DNA of 63,999 nucleotides, filler included, from Octopus bimaculoides (GCF_001194135.2; 8 parts of 8 records of this genome joined end to end with filler, not necessarily neighbours in it); one strand, 5' to 3'. Numbered from the whole stretch's first letter, positions 36,490-49,862 are shown. Numbers and translations are program-made. Notes: generated from the sequence alone by a model not told the origin.

Positions 36490-36700
36490 CAGGTGGCGAG
36501 CTGGCAGAATCGTTAGTATGCCGAGCAAAATGCTTAATGGCAATTCGTCCGTCTTTACATTGTGTTACAATTCCACCAAGGTTGACTTTGACTCTCATCT
36601 TTTCAGGGTCGATAAAATAGTACCACTGGGATCGATGTCATCGACTTACTCTGCACCCACGAAGTTGCTGGCTTTGTGCCAAAATTTGAAACCAATATTA
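36490..36700 (+). mobile_element. SINE family B copy
   Basis: GGTGGCGAGCTGGCAGAATCGTTAG..GGGTCGATAAAATAGTACC..TTGTGCCAAAATTTGAAACC. Confidence 0.75.
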
Positions 36701-37643
36701 CAAACGATCTAATCGTAGTCAAGAAACAATTTCAATGTGATAAATTTGATTTTTTTCCCTTATTTTTTTTTCTTCAGTTATAAAATCTAAAGTGTATGCT
36801 GACTGTCCCTTGTTCACTTTTTGTTGGCCTAATTAATCTACGACTTCGGTTGGTATAAACTTATCTTTGAGATGTTTTAGTGTAAATGAAGATGTACGTG
36901 TGCTGAGATACTCTACACAGTTCGCTATATTTAAATATTTACTGGAGCTTGGGCCTCGACATTGATTATGTTGTGTATATGTGGTTTTGTTTTTTGAAAA
37001 TCCTCACTTAATTGAATAACTATCAGCTCTAAGTGATCCTTAAAATTTCGTATAAATTTTTTGTTTTCTCGGCTTGTATGAATTTATGAGAGTCATAAAT
37101 TTTCGTTTAATGTATTTTGGCAGACATTGATTTAATTATTAAATCTTACTTTTTATGAGTTTTCGTCCGTTTGATGTCAAAGCAAACAGACAAAAATGCA
37201 GTCTCATGGCTGGCCGGCAACGTATTTTTCTGTATTATATGGATAATTTATCCTGATCACGCTATTTATACCATTATCACGTGTTTGAAAAATAAATTTA
37301 TTTCTGTTCATATATATATANNNNNNNNNNNNNNNNNNNNNNNNNNNNNNNNNNNNNNNNNNNNTTAATTAATTAANNNNNNNNNNNNNNNNNNNNNNNN
37401 NNNNNNNNNNNNNNNNNNNNACAAATTTTTCTCTAAATGGATGGCGATATTTATGGCACACATAGATATGGATATAGATATATAGATGTGAACCTGTTAA
37501 TATATTTGTACACAGCGCGGACTCTCTCTCTCTTTCTCACACGCATACACGAACCACAGATTGTATTTAAAGTACTTCCTATTAAATCATATGTAAGAAT
37601 TCAGAAAAAAACAGGATTATTCTGCAAGGTGTGGTGATGAAAA

Positions 37644-37680
<37 letters not shown>

Positions 37681-37804
37681 TTCTTTGTCTTTCACTTGCT
37701 CTCTTTCCCACAAAAGCCATGTTTGTGAGAAAACCTCAGCTGTTTTGTAAATATGTGTCTTGGAATGAAATAGCAAGTTGAGAGAGGAGTGTAGATTAGC
37801 TGCA

Positions 37805-38432
37805 GGTCAGTCCTGATCCTGACATATCAGTGATCAAAGATGTTCCAGTTGTGACCATCCTGTCTTTTGTTCAGACGTAGTGTACCTAGGACTACATTAT
37901 CTAATGTGTCCTCCTTTCTTGTTTCTTTTGTTTAGCTCCAGGTCAGTCTTGATCCAGCAGATTTCTGATCGAAGATGTTCCGGCTGTGACCATCCTGTCT
38001 TTCATTCAGGCATAGTGTATCTAGGACTACATTATCTAATGTGTCCTTCCTTGTTGTTGTTGTTTAACCCCAGGTTAGTCCTGATCCAGACAGACCTATG
38101 ATCAAAGATGTTCCTTCTGTGACCATCCTGTCTTTTATTCTGGCATAGTGTATCTAGGACTACATCATCTAATGTGTCCTTTCTTGTTGTTTAACCCCAG
38201 GTTAGTCCTGATCCAGACAGACCTATGATCAAAGATGTTCCGGCTGTGACCATCCTGTCTTTTATTCTGGCATAGTGTATCTCGGACTACATCATCTAAT
38301 GTGTCCTTTCTTGTTGTTTAACCCCAGGTTAGTCCTGATCCAGACAGACCTATGATCAAAGATGTTCCGGCTGTGACCATCCTGTCTTTTATTCAGGCAT
38401 AGTGTATCTAGGATTACATTATGTAATGTGTC
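37805..38432 (+). repeat. Tandem array of five 127-134 bp units
   Basis: Units begin CAGGT(C/T)AGTCCTGATCC at about 37805, 37939, 38071, 38198 and 38325; the last three have an exact 127-bp period. Confidence 0.92.
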
Positions 38433-38949
38433 CTTGTCACCACACAGTCATGGTTGCTTATATATAAATACACACACACACACACACACACACGTATATA
38501 TATATGCATACTTGACATGCTTCCATACAGCTTCCATCTGCCAAATCCACTCAGAAGGTGTTGGATGGCCTCAAACTTACAGTAAAAATCATTGAACTGA
38601 ATTTCATGCCAAGTGGCATTGAACCCGGAACCATGTGGTTTGGTAGCATTCTTTTTACCTACACATATATACCTGCCTCGGTGGGGGGGTCTCAATTTTT
38701 TATATAATTTTTTTTTTTTTAATATTTTTTTTCTTTGGAATTTTTTTTCTGTATTTGACAAATTTCGGATTTTTTTTTTTTATATTCTCTTTGGCATTTT
38801 TGAAATAACTATGGACTAATTTATTAGGTCACATGTGTGTGTGTGTGTCGTGTGCGCGTGTACACACGTACACATACACACAACTGCTGATTGATGTAAA
38901 GTGTCCTTGTGATGTTGGTGTGATGTGATGATTAACAATTTATACTGAA

Positions 38950-39450
38950 TGCTGCTGTGTGTATGTGTATGTATGTATACATATTAATGTTATTCGTGTA
39001 TGATCATGTATATGTATGTGTGTATGTATGTGTATATCTGTATGAGTATAAATGTGTTCAAGTGTGTGTGTGTATGCTGTGTATATGCATGTGTGTGTTT
39101 CTGTATGTGTACTTGTATGTGTGTGTGTACCTATATGTTTGTATGTGTTCGTAGTGTGTATGTGTGTACATGTTTATATTTGTGTGTTTGTGTGTGTACA
39201 TTTGTATTTGTGTGTGTTCGTGTCTGTGTGTATGTGTACATGTTTGTATTTGTGTGTGTGTGTTCGTGTGTGTGTGTGTGTGTGTATATGTGTTTGTTTG
39301 TGTGTGTGTGTGTACATTCATATTTGCATGTGTATATATGTATGCGTGTGGATATATGTGTGTATGTGAATGCATCTGTGTGTATGTATGTGGATATGGG
39401 TGTATGTGAATGTATGTGTGGATATACTCTGTTCACGTGTGTGTGTGTAT
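38950..39450. repeat. Degenerate (TG)n/(TATG)n simple-sequence tract
   Basis: Direct reading. Confidence 0.9.
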
Positions 39451-39994
39451 GATTGAGATGTCACAAAATAGTTTCTCCTCTGTCACATGAAAGTTATTTT
39501 CTGTGACTGTGACAACTAAGTGTTGTTGTTGTTAACCTCTCCCTGCTCCACTCACATATATTCAAACCCCACATCCTTCTCCCCACCCTCTCTTTATGCT
39601 CCTAATCTTCCTTCTACTGATAATCATAGATGACTTAATAGTTATGAAACCATCAAATCCAGGCTGGCCTCTCACGGACTTTAGATGTCCATGCTTCTCA
39701 TGGACTTTAGATGCCCATGCCATAAATGTTAATTCTTTATCTTTTTTTTTTTTTATCATTATCACCATTGTTTTAATGCCTACTTTTTCCATGCTTGCTT
39801 GGGTTGGACATAAGTCTTTGAGCTAGATGTTCTACAAGCAAACTTTACCTGTTTCCAAGTAATGTAAACATTTTCTCCATGAACAGACATATTTTTCACA
39901 GAAAATTGGTAAAGAATTTACACTGCTTGTAAGACAGTGACACAACAATCAAACTGCCAGGACAAAGAGGTGCAAACATACACACACCCACATC

Positions 39995-40870
39995 TACATA
40001 CAAACACAGTAATCTACAGCTGCTCTATCCAAATTACAAGTTAATTTTTATACCTGTAATTATTGGGGCACAGGGATACGTAACACACTGCCTAAATACC
40101 AATCTTGAGAAATTGGGCTTCTCAAATCCAGAAAGGAGAAAGCTGATTCAAAGACTACAGATCCAAGCCATCACTGGAACTGTAAAAATCTGTAAAACTT
40201 TTCAGAAGTTTATCATTTAATTCTTAGGTTTTAGCCATTACTACCATTCCCCGTCTTCCCTAGATTTAAAATTTTACTACTAATACCATCTCTTTAAGCA
40301 TACATTTTTCTTCCCATCAACCACAAATTCATTATCCTCTACCCCTACCTCTCCCTTCTCTCCACATTATCCTATTCAAATACCACTCCCTATTCCTAGC
40401 TCTGATTCAGCTTAAGTATATATATATGAGCATGTCTAGATATGCAAGTATAGGCTCTTGTGCGGGTGGCACATAAAATACACCATTTTGAGCGTGGCCG
40501 TTGCCAGTGCAGCCTGACTGGCCTTCGTGCGGGTGACACGTAAAAGCACCCACTACACTCTCTGAGTGGTTGGCGTTAGGAAGGGCATCCAGCTGTAGAA
40601 ACTCCTGCCAAATCAGATTGGAGCCTGGTGTAGCCATCTGGTTTCACCAGTCCTCAGTCAAATCGTCCAACCCATGCTAGCATGGAAAGCGGACGTTAAA
40701 CGATGATGATGATGATGATGATGATGATATTCCTCCCTCTGACTTGGCTTAAATATATATATATGAGCATGTCTAGATATGTAAGTATATGCATGAGAAC
40801 AGAAACATAAAACAAAGCATACAAATCTGCACATATACATGCATCATACATATAGACATGCATATATGCA
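39995..40870 (+). mobile_element. RLE-type LINE family 2, 3' end (ORF C-terminus plus 3' UTR), interrupted
   Basis: NLQLLYPNYK..IPVIIGAQGYVTHCLNTNLEKLGFS..ERRKLIQRLQIQAITGTVKICKTFQKFII* (39995-40220); 3' UTR TATATGAGCATGTCTAGATATG matches 59575-59850. Confidence 0.8.
40453..40730 (+). mobile_element. Family C retroposon-like repeat with (GAT)n tail
   Basis: GGTGGCACATAAAA..GGCGTTAGGAAGGGCATCCAGCTG..GGACGTTAAACGATGATGATG; other copies at 16690, 25960 and 30491. Confidence 0.8.
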
Positions 40871-41655
40871 TGCATACATGCATGCATACAAACATACAAA
40901 CAAACAAACCTACCCACCCACCAACCCTGTTGATGTTGAAATTCCAGTGAAGCTAGCTTTGGCTCTAGGTTATAATCCAATGTTCCAGCTGTGACCCTTG
41001 TTTATTTGGGCCAGAGGACCAGAAAAGGGTCCATAAGGAAAAAGGGCTCTTTCGTTGGCGGGGAAAGCCTGCTCATAATGGATAGCAAAAAACCTTGTGA
41101 CAGCCATGTTTATTGAGGCCAGAAGAGCATAAATGGGCCCTGTTATCCTTGTAATTGTGGACAAAAAGATAGAAAGAAGGGGCTTATTTATTACTGTTGT
41201 AACACAGTAAAATAGCTTGATAGTCGATATTTAGACTTTTGGAGAGGACTCATTTATTATTTACGGTGGGGGAGAGATAGTTGTGACATTTACATCCGAC
41301 AACTGTCTCCCTGCCGACACACAGTCAGACATAGCCCCCACAGGGGAGCCGGTTAAGAGTGATAGATAAATATTTAAACTAACAGAAATGCCAACAGTCA
41401 CTTGCTCTGTTGCTGGTTTGAGTCAACAGAGATGTCGTCTGACTTGGCTGGCTGACTTGTCATAAGGTTGGTAGGTTGGTGGGTTTTTTTTTTTTAAATT
41501 GCAGGTTTGGCTGTGGGTACCATATTTCTTCCCATATTTCTCTTGGACTAATTTGCACCTGTTTTGATTAATTTTGAAATTAATAAAGAATTTGGTGAAA
41601 TATCTTTTTATCTTTCATCTTTCGTTTCAAATCTTTAAAATCTTTCAAATGTTCT

Positions 41656-41850
41656 TTATGTGACATCAGCACAAGTGTTCTTTATGTGACCCCTAGCAAG
41701 GGTGCTTTTGTGGAATCAGCGTGGGTGCTCTTTATGTGACACTAGCATGGGTGCTCTTTATGTGACACCAGCATGGGTGCTCCTTCAGTGGCTCCAGCAT
41801 GGGTGCTTTATATGTGGCTCCAGCATGGGTGCTTTATATGTGGCACCAGT
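41656..41850. repeat. Minisatellite, about 8 units of about 26 bp (TTTATGTGACACCAGCATGGGTGCTC-like)
   Basis: Direct reading. Confidence 0.85.
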
Positions 41851-42124
41851 ACCCACAGGGTCACCAGGTAGCTTGCAAGACAAAGGCTTCTCAGCAGAAA
41901 GAGGGAGTGGAACTAAGGGAAGTGACCATATGCCAGGCGAGAGGTTGGAGTATCATAGAGGGTCAGGGATAGTCATTTTTCTATAAGAGGAGGTACTTGA
42001 CCAGTCCAGTAGGACAAGGAAAGAGATGAAAGGTGGGAGAGAGATAGAAAGATAGGGATAAGTCAGAATGTATGTGAGATAAAAAGAGAGAGATAGAGAG
42101 AGAAGGCCTACCCACAGGGAACAG

Positions 42125-42519
42125 TTTCTTGGCACTCCGTCGCTTACGACGTCAAGGGTTCCAGTTGATCCGATCACATGGAACAGCCTAGCCTGCTCGT
42201 GAAATTAACGTGCAAGTGGCTGAGCACTCCACAGACACGTGCACCCTCAACGTAGTTCTCGAAGAGATATTCAGCGTGACACGGAGTGTGACAAGGCTGA
42301 CCCTGTTGAATTACAGGCACAACAGAAACAGGAAGAAAGAGTGAGAGAAAGTTGTGGTGAAAGAGTACAGCAGGGTTCGCCACCATCCCCTGCCGGAGCC
42401 TCGTAGAGCTTTAGGTGTTTTCGCTCAATAAGCACTCGCAACGCCCGGTCTGGAAATCGAGACCGCGATCCTATGACCGCGAGTCCGCTGCCGTAACACC
42501 ACTGGGCCATTGCGCCTCC
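42125..42519 (-). mobile_element. SINE family D full copy
   Basis: Reverse complement of the 54673-55057 family. Confidence 0.85.
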
Positions 42520-43343
42520 ACACAGGGAACAGTAGTGGGGAGTATAAGAAGTACAAGAGGGGATAGAGGCAGGAATGTTCCATAAGAGTGTGAGAGATGT
42601 TTAGAGATAGCAAGTGATGGTGAGAGGAATCGGAGTGGTTGGGAGGTGGGTATGCCAGATATGCAAAGGCATGGAGAGTGTGTGAATAGGCAGTACACAC
42701 ACACACACACAGACACACACAGACACACACACACACACACACATGCATGCACGTTCGCTGCTACATCTATAAGCCCCAAGCATTGCGCTGTTCTTGAAAT
42801 ACTTCATTAAAACCGGATCTATTTTGAATTCACTTAAATTAGCTTCCAGTCAACATGTCTGCCATAGTGCAGCAGGTCACAACGTATGTTTATTGAATAC
42901 AGAACCAGCTGATAAACCACTGTTANNNNNNNNNNNNNNNNNNNNNNNNNNNNNNNNNNNNNNNNNNNNNNNNNNNNNNNNNNNNNNNNNNNNNNNNNNN
43001 NNNNNNNNNNNNNNNNNNNNNNNNNNNNNNNNNNNNNNNNNNNNNNNNNNNNNNNNNNNNNNNNNNNNNNNNNNNNNNNNNNNNNNNNNNNNNNNNNNNN
43101 NNNNNNNNNNNNNNNNNNNNNNNNNNNNNNNNNNNNNNNNNNNNNNNNNNNNNNNNNNNNNNNNNNNNNNNNNNNNNNNNNNNNNNNNNNNNNNNNNNNN
43201 NNNNNNNNNNNNNNNNNNNNNNNNNNNNNNNNNNNNNNNNNNNNNNNNNNNNNNNNNNNNNNNNNNNNNNNNNNNNNNNNNNNNNNNNNNNNNNNNNNNN
43301 NNNNNNNNNNNNNNNNNNNNNNNNNNNNNNNNNNNNNNNNNNN

Positions 43344-43404
<61 letters not shown>

Positions 43405-43919
43405 ATTACACACGCATATTTACACATATATATATATATATATTCATACGCACGCACACACACATATTTATATCTACATATGCATACATATATTTATTTA
43501 TATATATATATACACACACATATGTATCTACATACATACACACATACATATATATGTATCTACATACACACATCCATATATACATACATATGTACATACA
43601 TATGTACATACATACATACATATGTATCTACATACATACACACACACACACACACATGTAAATAATACAGAGAAAGAGAAATGTGTGTGTTTTATGCATA
43701 AAAGACTTAGCTTCTAGCTGTTATTTTCTCTCTGATAGGACAATCAGAAATGTTGATTTAAGCTTGCAATAAATATGTGTTTAATGACTTAATGATAGCC
43801 TTTGTAATGAATGCTTTCATGGTTTAAGAATGTATACAATCAGCCAATCACCATCACCATCACCACCATCATCATCATCATCATCATCATCATCATTTAA
43901 TGTCCTCCTTCCATGAAGT

Positions 43920-44390
43920 GCCTGAGAAAAAAGATGTTGAAAGTTCACCTGACAAGACAAAGTCCCAGATGCAGAGGCCCTCTCTCTCTCTCTCTCTCTC
44001 GCACGTTGATCTGAAAAGCATTTGCATACTGCCGAGGAGGGCGCAAGTCAGTTTAGCTGGCCACCTGACATGCGGCCTCCCCACAAGAGACTGTTTTATA
44101 GTGGACTGGTGGAAGGCAAGTGCATGCAGGAAGGGCAGAAAAAGGCACTTCAAGGATATGTTCAAGGCCTCGTTGAAGGGCTTTGAGATTAAATCCCAAC
44201 AGCTGGGAAACACAAGTTGCAAGACCACCCTCCCTGGTGAAGCTGCACCAACAGAGGCGCGACCTCTTAATAACAGAATAGGAGCGCAGAGGCACGGAGA
44301 AAGTGTGAAGTGTGCAAGCCCAGGGTCAACTCCTTGCCTTCGGTCCAAACTGACCAATAATGCTTGACCTGTGATAGAGCCTACAACACA
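43920..44390 (+). mobile_element. RTE-clade LINE C-terminal fragment
   Basis: QDKVPDAEAL..RRAQVSLAGHL..RLFYSGLVEGK..GQKRHFKDMFKASLK resembles the RTE thumb/C-terminus (LFYGEL..GGQKKRFKDxLKASLK); contains a (CT)n expansion. Confidence 0.75.
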
Positions 44391-44557
44391 GGAGTGGCCG
44401 TGTGGTAAGTAGCTTGCTTACCAACCACATGGTTCCGGGTTCAGTCCCACTGCGTGGCACCTTGGGCAAGTGTCTTCTACTATAGCCTCGGGCCGACCAA
44501 AGCCTTGTGAGTGGGTTTGGTAGAGGGAAACTCAAAGAAGCCCGTCGTATATATGTG

Positions 44558-44590
<33 letters not shown>

Positions 44591-44895
44591 TTGTTCCCCC
44601 CAACATCGCTTGATAACCGATGCTGGTGTGTTTACGTCCCTCGTAACTTAGTTGTTCAGCAAAAAGAGACCGATAGAATAAGTACTAGGCTTACAAAGAA
44701 TAAGTCCNNNNNNNNNNGATAACCGATGCTGGTGTGTTTACGTCCCCCGTAACTTAGTTGTTCAGCAAAAAGAGACCGATAGAATAAGTACTAGGCTTAC
44801 AAAGAATAAGTCCTGGGGTCGATTTGCTCGACTAAAAAGGCGATGCTCCAGCATGGCCACAATCAAATGACTGAAACAAGTAAAAGAGTAAAAGA
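44390..44895 (+). mobile_element. SINE family A copy; tail partly duplicated across a 10-N gap (probable assembly overlap)
   Basis: GATAACCGATGCTGG..AAGAATAAGTCC occurs at 44612-44707 and again from 44718. Confidence 0.8.
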
Positions 44896-44899
44896 ATAT

Positions 44900-44937
<38 letters not shown>

Positions 44938-45189
44938 GTCCTGAGTAGTGAGGGACCAATTTATCTAGACACTCTACATGCTAGAAATAGCAGCTAAAAT
45001 ATGCTTCGACTCACACCCTGCTTTCTTAAGTGAAGTGGAGAGGGCCATGTTGATCAATGTACTTCCTGATACACAATCATACAGGATGGTCATGGCAGGA
45101 ACTTCTTTTGATCATCATGATGCTCTGTTGCTTCAGGACTGGCCTAGGGTTAGAGGTTCATCAGCAGCAGCATGAGCTGCTACACAGAT

Positions 45190-45375
45190 TCTACCCTGCC
45201 AATCATGGCCACCATCGAGGACAACTTCACTGTTAATGATGACTGGTGCTGAATAATCACTATCGTGCCACATATGGCCACCACTGAAGACCACTATGCT
45301 GGTAAACTTGACCAGTTCAGAGTAATGACTATCCTGCCACCTATGACCACCACTGAGGACCACTATACTGTCATG
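45190..45375. repeat. Three diverged 69-bp tandem units
   Basis: ATG(G/A)CCACCA..GA(G/A)GAC(A/C)AC at 45205, 45274 and 45343. Confidence 0.8.
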
Positions 45376-45587
45376 TGTAGCTGCCAGTGATTACAACCCA
45401 TCCGACTGTGGCCACCACCACCAGCAGCTACTTATGGTATTACGGCAGTAACAGACTGACTGATCAATATCCTAGAACATTCACCTAACAAGAGAACTAG
45501 ACTGTAGAATGCGTGAGTGTATATATTGTATGTGTGAGTGTATATATTATATGTGTGAGTGTGTGAGTCTATGCGTGTATTGTGTGA

Positions 45588-45618
<31 letters not shown>

Positions 45619-45764
45619 AATGTCTGTGTACATAGGAGTGTGTTTGTATACATGTGTGTCTGAANNNNNNNNNNNNNNNNNNNNNNNNNNNNNNNNNNNN
45701 NNNNNNNNTTAATTAATTAANNNNNNNNNNNNNNNNNNNNNNNNNNNNNNNNNNNNNNNNNNNN

Positions 45765-45841
<77 letters not shown>

Positions 45842-45842
<1 letters not shown>

Positions 45843-47230
45843 GCAATCAATGTTTTTGCCGTACCAGTCGTGACTTACAGTTTCAATATTAACTGGTCAA
45901 TTACTGAAAGATGTAATCTTCACAGAAAAATACGAAAACTGTTGACAATACATAGAATGCGCCACCCTAAGGCAGATATAGAACGACTTTATCTGCCAAG
46001 AAAAGAGGGAGGCCGTGGACTTTTACAACTGGCATTAACTCTAAAGATTGCCACAATTGGCCTAGGCACTTTCCTGAAAAACTCTGAGAACAGGATATTA
46101 AAACTTGTCACAAAACATGAAAGCAAGAAAGCATCTTACTCAGTAACAAAACAGGTAAAGGAATATCTAAGTGAATTCCAAATACAACAAATTTCAGAAT
46201 TAGACGTACTAGAAACAAGCGCAGAAAACGCTAAGTGCATGAAAACCCGTGCTAAAACTGCTGCCTTAGATATACCGACTGATAAATGGCAAAAAATACC
46301 CTCTCGATGGCAAACACCCAAAGAGAGCGAATAATGCCGATGTTGACAAAGCCCTTACCCATCAATGGTTAATGGCTTCTGGCTTAAAATCAGAAGCAAA
46401 ACGGTTTATCATAGCAGCCTACCTACAAGGCCAACATATTAAAGAACGGCAGCTTCCCAATATGTCGTGTATGTCAACAACAAAATGAGACCATTGATCA
46501 TGTCTCCATGTGCAGTTTTCTTGGGCCTACAGAGTTTCTCAACAGGCATGATAGAGCTGCACAATATATTCACTGGGTTATTTTCAAAAACCTGGACTTA
46601 CCCCATGATAAAAACTGGTGCGAACACCCCCCACCCCCACCCCCGTGCTTGAAAATGATCACATCTCACTCCTCTGGATCTTCACCATTCAAACTGACGG
46701 AATGATAGACGCAAATAGGCCAGACATCATATTGAAAAACTTCAGACAAAAATCATGCCTCCGCATTGATATGACTGTCCCAATCGATATAAACGTATCT
46801 GCCGAGACCTACCAAAAACTGAGAAAGTATAAAGATCTTGAAATAGAAATTACCAAAATGTGGAGCCTGAAGACTAAAACAATACCTGTTGTCATAGGTG
46901 CCCTAAGAATGATAGTAAAAGGGGCTGATTGCTACCTAGCTCAGATACCAGGAAACCCCAAAATGGCAGAAATTCAAAAGATAGTGCTCATGGGAATTGC
47001 CCATATCCTACATAAAATACTGTCTATGTAATCTTAAATTTTAAAACAAACATAATTTTTTTATGGTTTCTTAAACATTCTCTAGAACAACACTATGTAA
47101 TAAACCAAATATATGGCACCCTAGGCATAACACCAACATGAACTTCTAACTTGTCTCTTGAGGTCTCCGGGTGAGACTTGGAGCCAACTTGTACGAATGC
47201 AAAGCAAAAGTCAAACATGAAATAATAATA
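45842..47230 (+). mobile_element. R4/Dong-like non-LTR retrotransposon (RT thumb, CCHC knuckle, restriction-like endonuclease), 5'-truncated, inserted in (TAA)n
   Basis: AINVFAVPVVTYSF..HPKADIERLYLPRKEGGRGL..CRVCQQQNETIDH..C..RHDRAA..NRPDIIL..IDMTVP..KLRKYKDLEIEI..IPVVIGAL. (AAT)n at 45765-45841 and again after 47220. Confidence 0.9.
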
Positions 47231-49249
47231 ATGAAGCCCCTTTTGATGATAGGCTTAATATGTATAACTAGGAATCGTGAAAAAGTCCATGTAAGTAACC
47301 AATGCGTTAGGAATAATTTAATGTATAAATGCTCTAAGGAAAGACTTTATTACGTCCATTATTACACAGTTGTGACGACATCTAATTTCAAACTTAGGTT
47401 AATAATCATGAGCACTCCTTTAAGTATAAAAGACAAACAGTACCTTATTGGCTAAATTCATCAAGGAGAAAAATATCAATCACTCAATTTCGTGATCGAT
47501 TATTGGTGATGCACTTCCATACAAAAGGATAGAAGTAGCTGTAATTTGTGCTTAGTTGAATAGTTAGAAATTCTCGATTGTAGGTGTGATTTAATATGTT
47601 AGCAAAATGAATTATTGATCCGTTGCTCCCACTTATCAAAATAGAATTTGCTTCAAATTTCCACTTAAAAATTCCACTTAGCTACTTTAGGAAACTTACT
47701 TTATTCAAATAGTATTAATGGTAGCGTTCTGGCCCTTGTAATTCTCTCAACCCCCAGACGAATTATTTCTTATGTAACCAACCTATCATTCATTCCTTAA
47801 CAAATGTACTTAATTTAATTTTAACGTAATGTTGATTTTAATTTAATTTACGATATCCAAATGTTCTAGACTTGAGTAGTAAGATGGTGCATGGTTCTAT
47901 TTTTCTGTGTACCTATTTTACCTCCTCGTTTCTTATTTTATTTTATTTTATTTCAAGTTTCATCTTTATATTAATTTCTTTCTTTTTTCTGTTTTTAGAT
48001 TATTATTACGCCCTTTACTGGCACCTTTGAGACTGTTGTTGTAAACTGACGCCTCTTTGAAATTTCTGATATTTCTGGTATGAGAGTGAGACATGCAACT
48101 GTTGCGAGAAATCTTTGCGTGTTGGATTGAAACTTCTAATTTGGACAGTTGAAGTTATGATATTGCGTTGGCGTGGGGTTAGCACAGGTGTACAGTTTAC
48201 ATAGGAAACGAAGTTCGATTCCCGTGGGCGATCTTATAACGATTTGCCGATTATTTCTATATGGCATACGTATGGAAATAATTGACCTGAAAAAAAATTA
48301 TCTATAATTAAATTTAAGTTGATAAGTATACCTAATATAAGAGTTTGACAGAGTGAAATTTTCTAATGACAAGAAAATGACACTTGACTTGTGCTCGCGC
48401 TGGAAAATATTTTAAGTCTCCAATTTTATGTTAGATAATATATATCTTAAATGACAAGAGTAAAGAGTAAAAAAAGCAAAGAATGAGTTTTCCAACAATT
48501 TAAAAGTTTGATTATATACATACACGCATACACACATGCATATGTGTGCGCGTGTGTGTATGTATGTATGTATGTATGAACGTATGTATGTATGTATGTA
48601 TGTAGGTATGTGCGTATGTTTCTATTTATACGGACACACACAGAGGCACGCGCGAGCACGTGCACACACATACACACACACACACACGGAGGCACGCATA
48701 TACACACGCACGCACACACAAGTTTGCGCTCACGTTCGCTCGCACGCACGTACACACACACACACACATACAAACAAATATACATACACTTAGCGTGAGC
48801 GATTTAAATATACTGAGAGAGAGAGGGGGGAGAGAATGTAGTAAAGTGGGATCAATCCATTGCTGTCACAGGTATTTAAATTTTGAAATTAAGTGAAAAT
48901 TTTCAGATTTAGTATATTGAAGTACATTTTCAGGCTGAATTCTATTTTGTCATTCTCTATTCCAGAAAAAGTTTGGAAACATATTGTAAATATATAAGAG
49001 GAGGTGGGGAGACAGAGAGAGCTGGACAGAGACAGATAGAAAGTGGAAGATTTAACGATCTAAACGTTGAGTTATATCTCGTAGGAAAATATATTTTGGG
49101 GTTAATTATAACCGAAAACCTTGTCGTTGGAACGCAGATTGCGAAAATCAAATCCGTTTTTCTCGAGTACTCACCGTTTTGGAGCCTTTCCGTGACATAC
49201 CTACACACATACAAGCATACACTCACATCTATATAGTAGATATATACAA

Positions 49250-49862
49250 GAGGCGCAGGAGTGGCTGTGTGGTAAGTAGCTTGCTTACCAACCGCATGGT
49301 TCTGGGTTCAAACCCACTGCATGGCACCTTGGGCACATGTCTTCTACTATAGCCTCGGGCTGACCAAAGCCTTGTGAGTGGATTTGGTAGACGGAAACTG
49401 GAAGAAACCTGTCGTAAATATATATATANNNNNNNNNNNNNNNNNNNNNNNNNNNNNNNNNNNNNNNNNNNNNNNNNNNNNNNNNNNNNNNNNNNNNNNN
49501 NNNNNNNNNNNNNNNNNNNNNNNNNNNNNNNNNNNNNNNNNNNNNNNNNNNNNNNNNNNNNNNNNNNNNNNNNNNNNNNNNNNNNNNNNNNNNNNNNNNN
49601 NNNNNNNNNNNNNNNNNNNNNNNNNNNNNNNNNNNNNNNNNNNNNNNNNNNNNNNNNNNNNNNNNNNNNNNNNNNNNNNNNNNNNNNNNNNNNNNNNNNN
49701 NNNNNNNNNNNNNNNNNNNNNNNNNNNNNNNNNNNNNNNNNNNNNNNNNNNNNNNNNNNNNNNNNNNNNNNNNNNNNNNNNNNNNNNNNNNNNNNNNNNN
49801 NNNNNNNNNNNNNNNNNNNNNNNNNNNNNNNNNNNNNNNNNNNNNNNNNNGACTGAAACAAA
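49250..49862 (+). mobile_element. SINE family A copy; its internal microsatellite coincides with an N gap
   Basis: Head 49250-49428 ends in (TA)n; tail end GACTGAAACA resumes at 49851. Confidence 0.75.

Noticed and set aside
37805-38432. CRISPR-like appearance of the 127-bp array
   Set aside because: Whole units repeat with no unique spacers, the context is eukaryotic, and there are no cas genes.
44612-44810. Tandem duplication of the SINE tail
   Set aside because: The duplicate straddles a 10-N gap, so it is most likely unmerged contig overlap.
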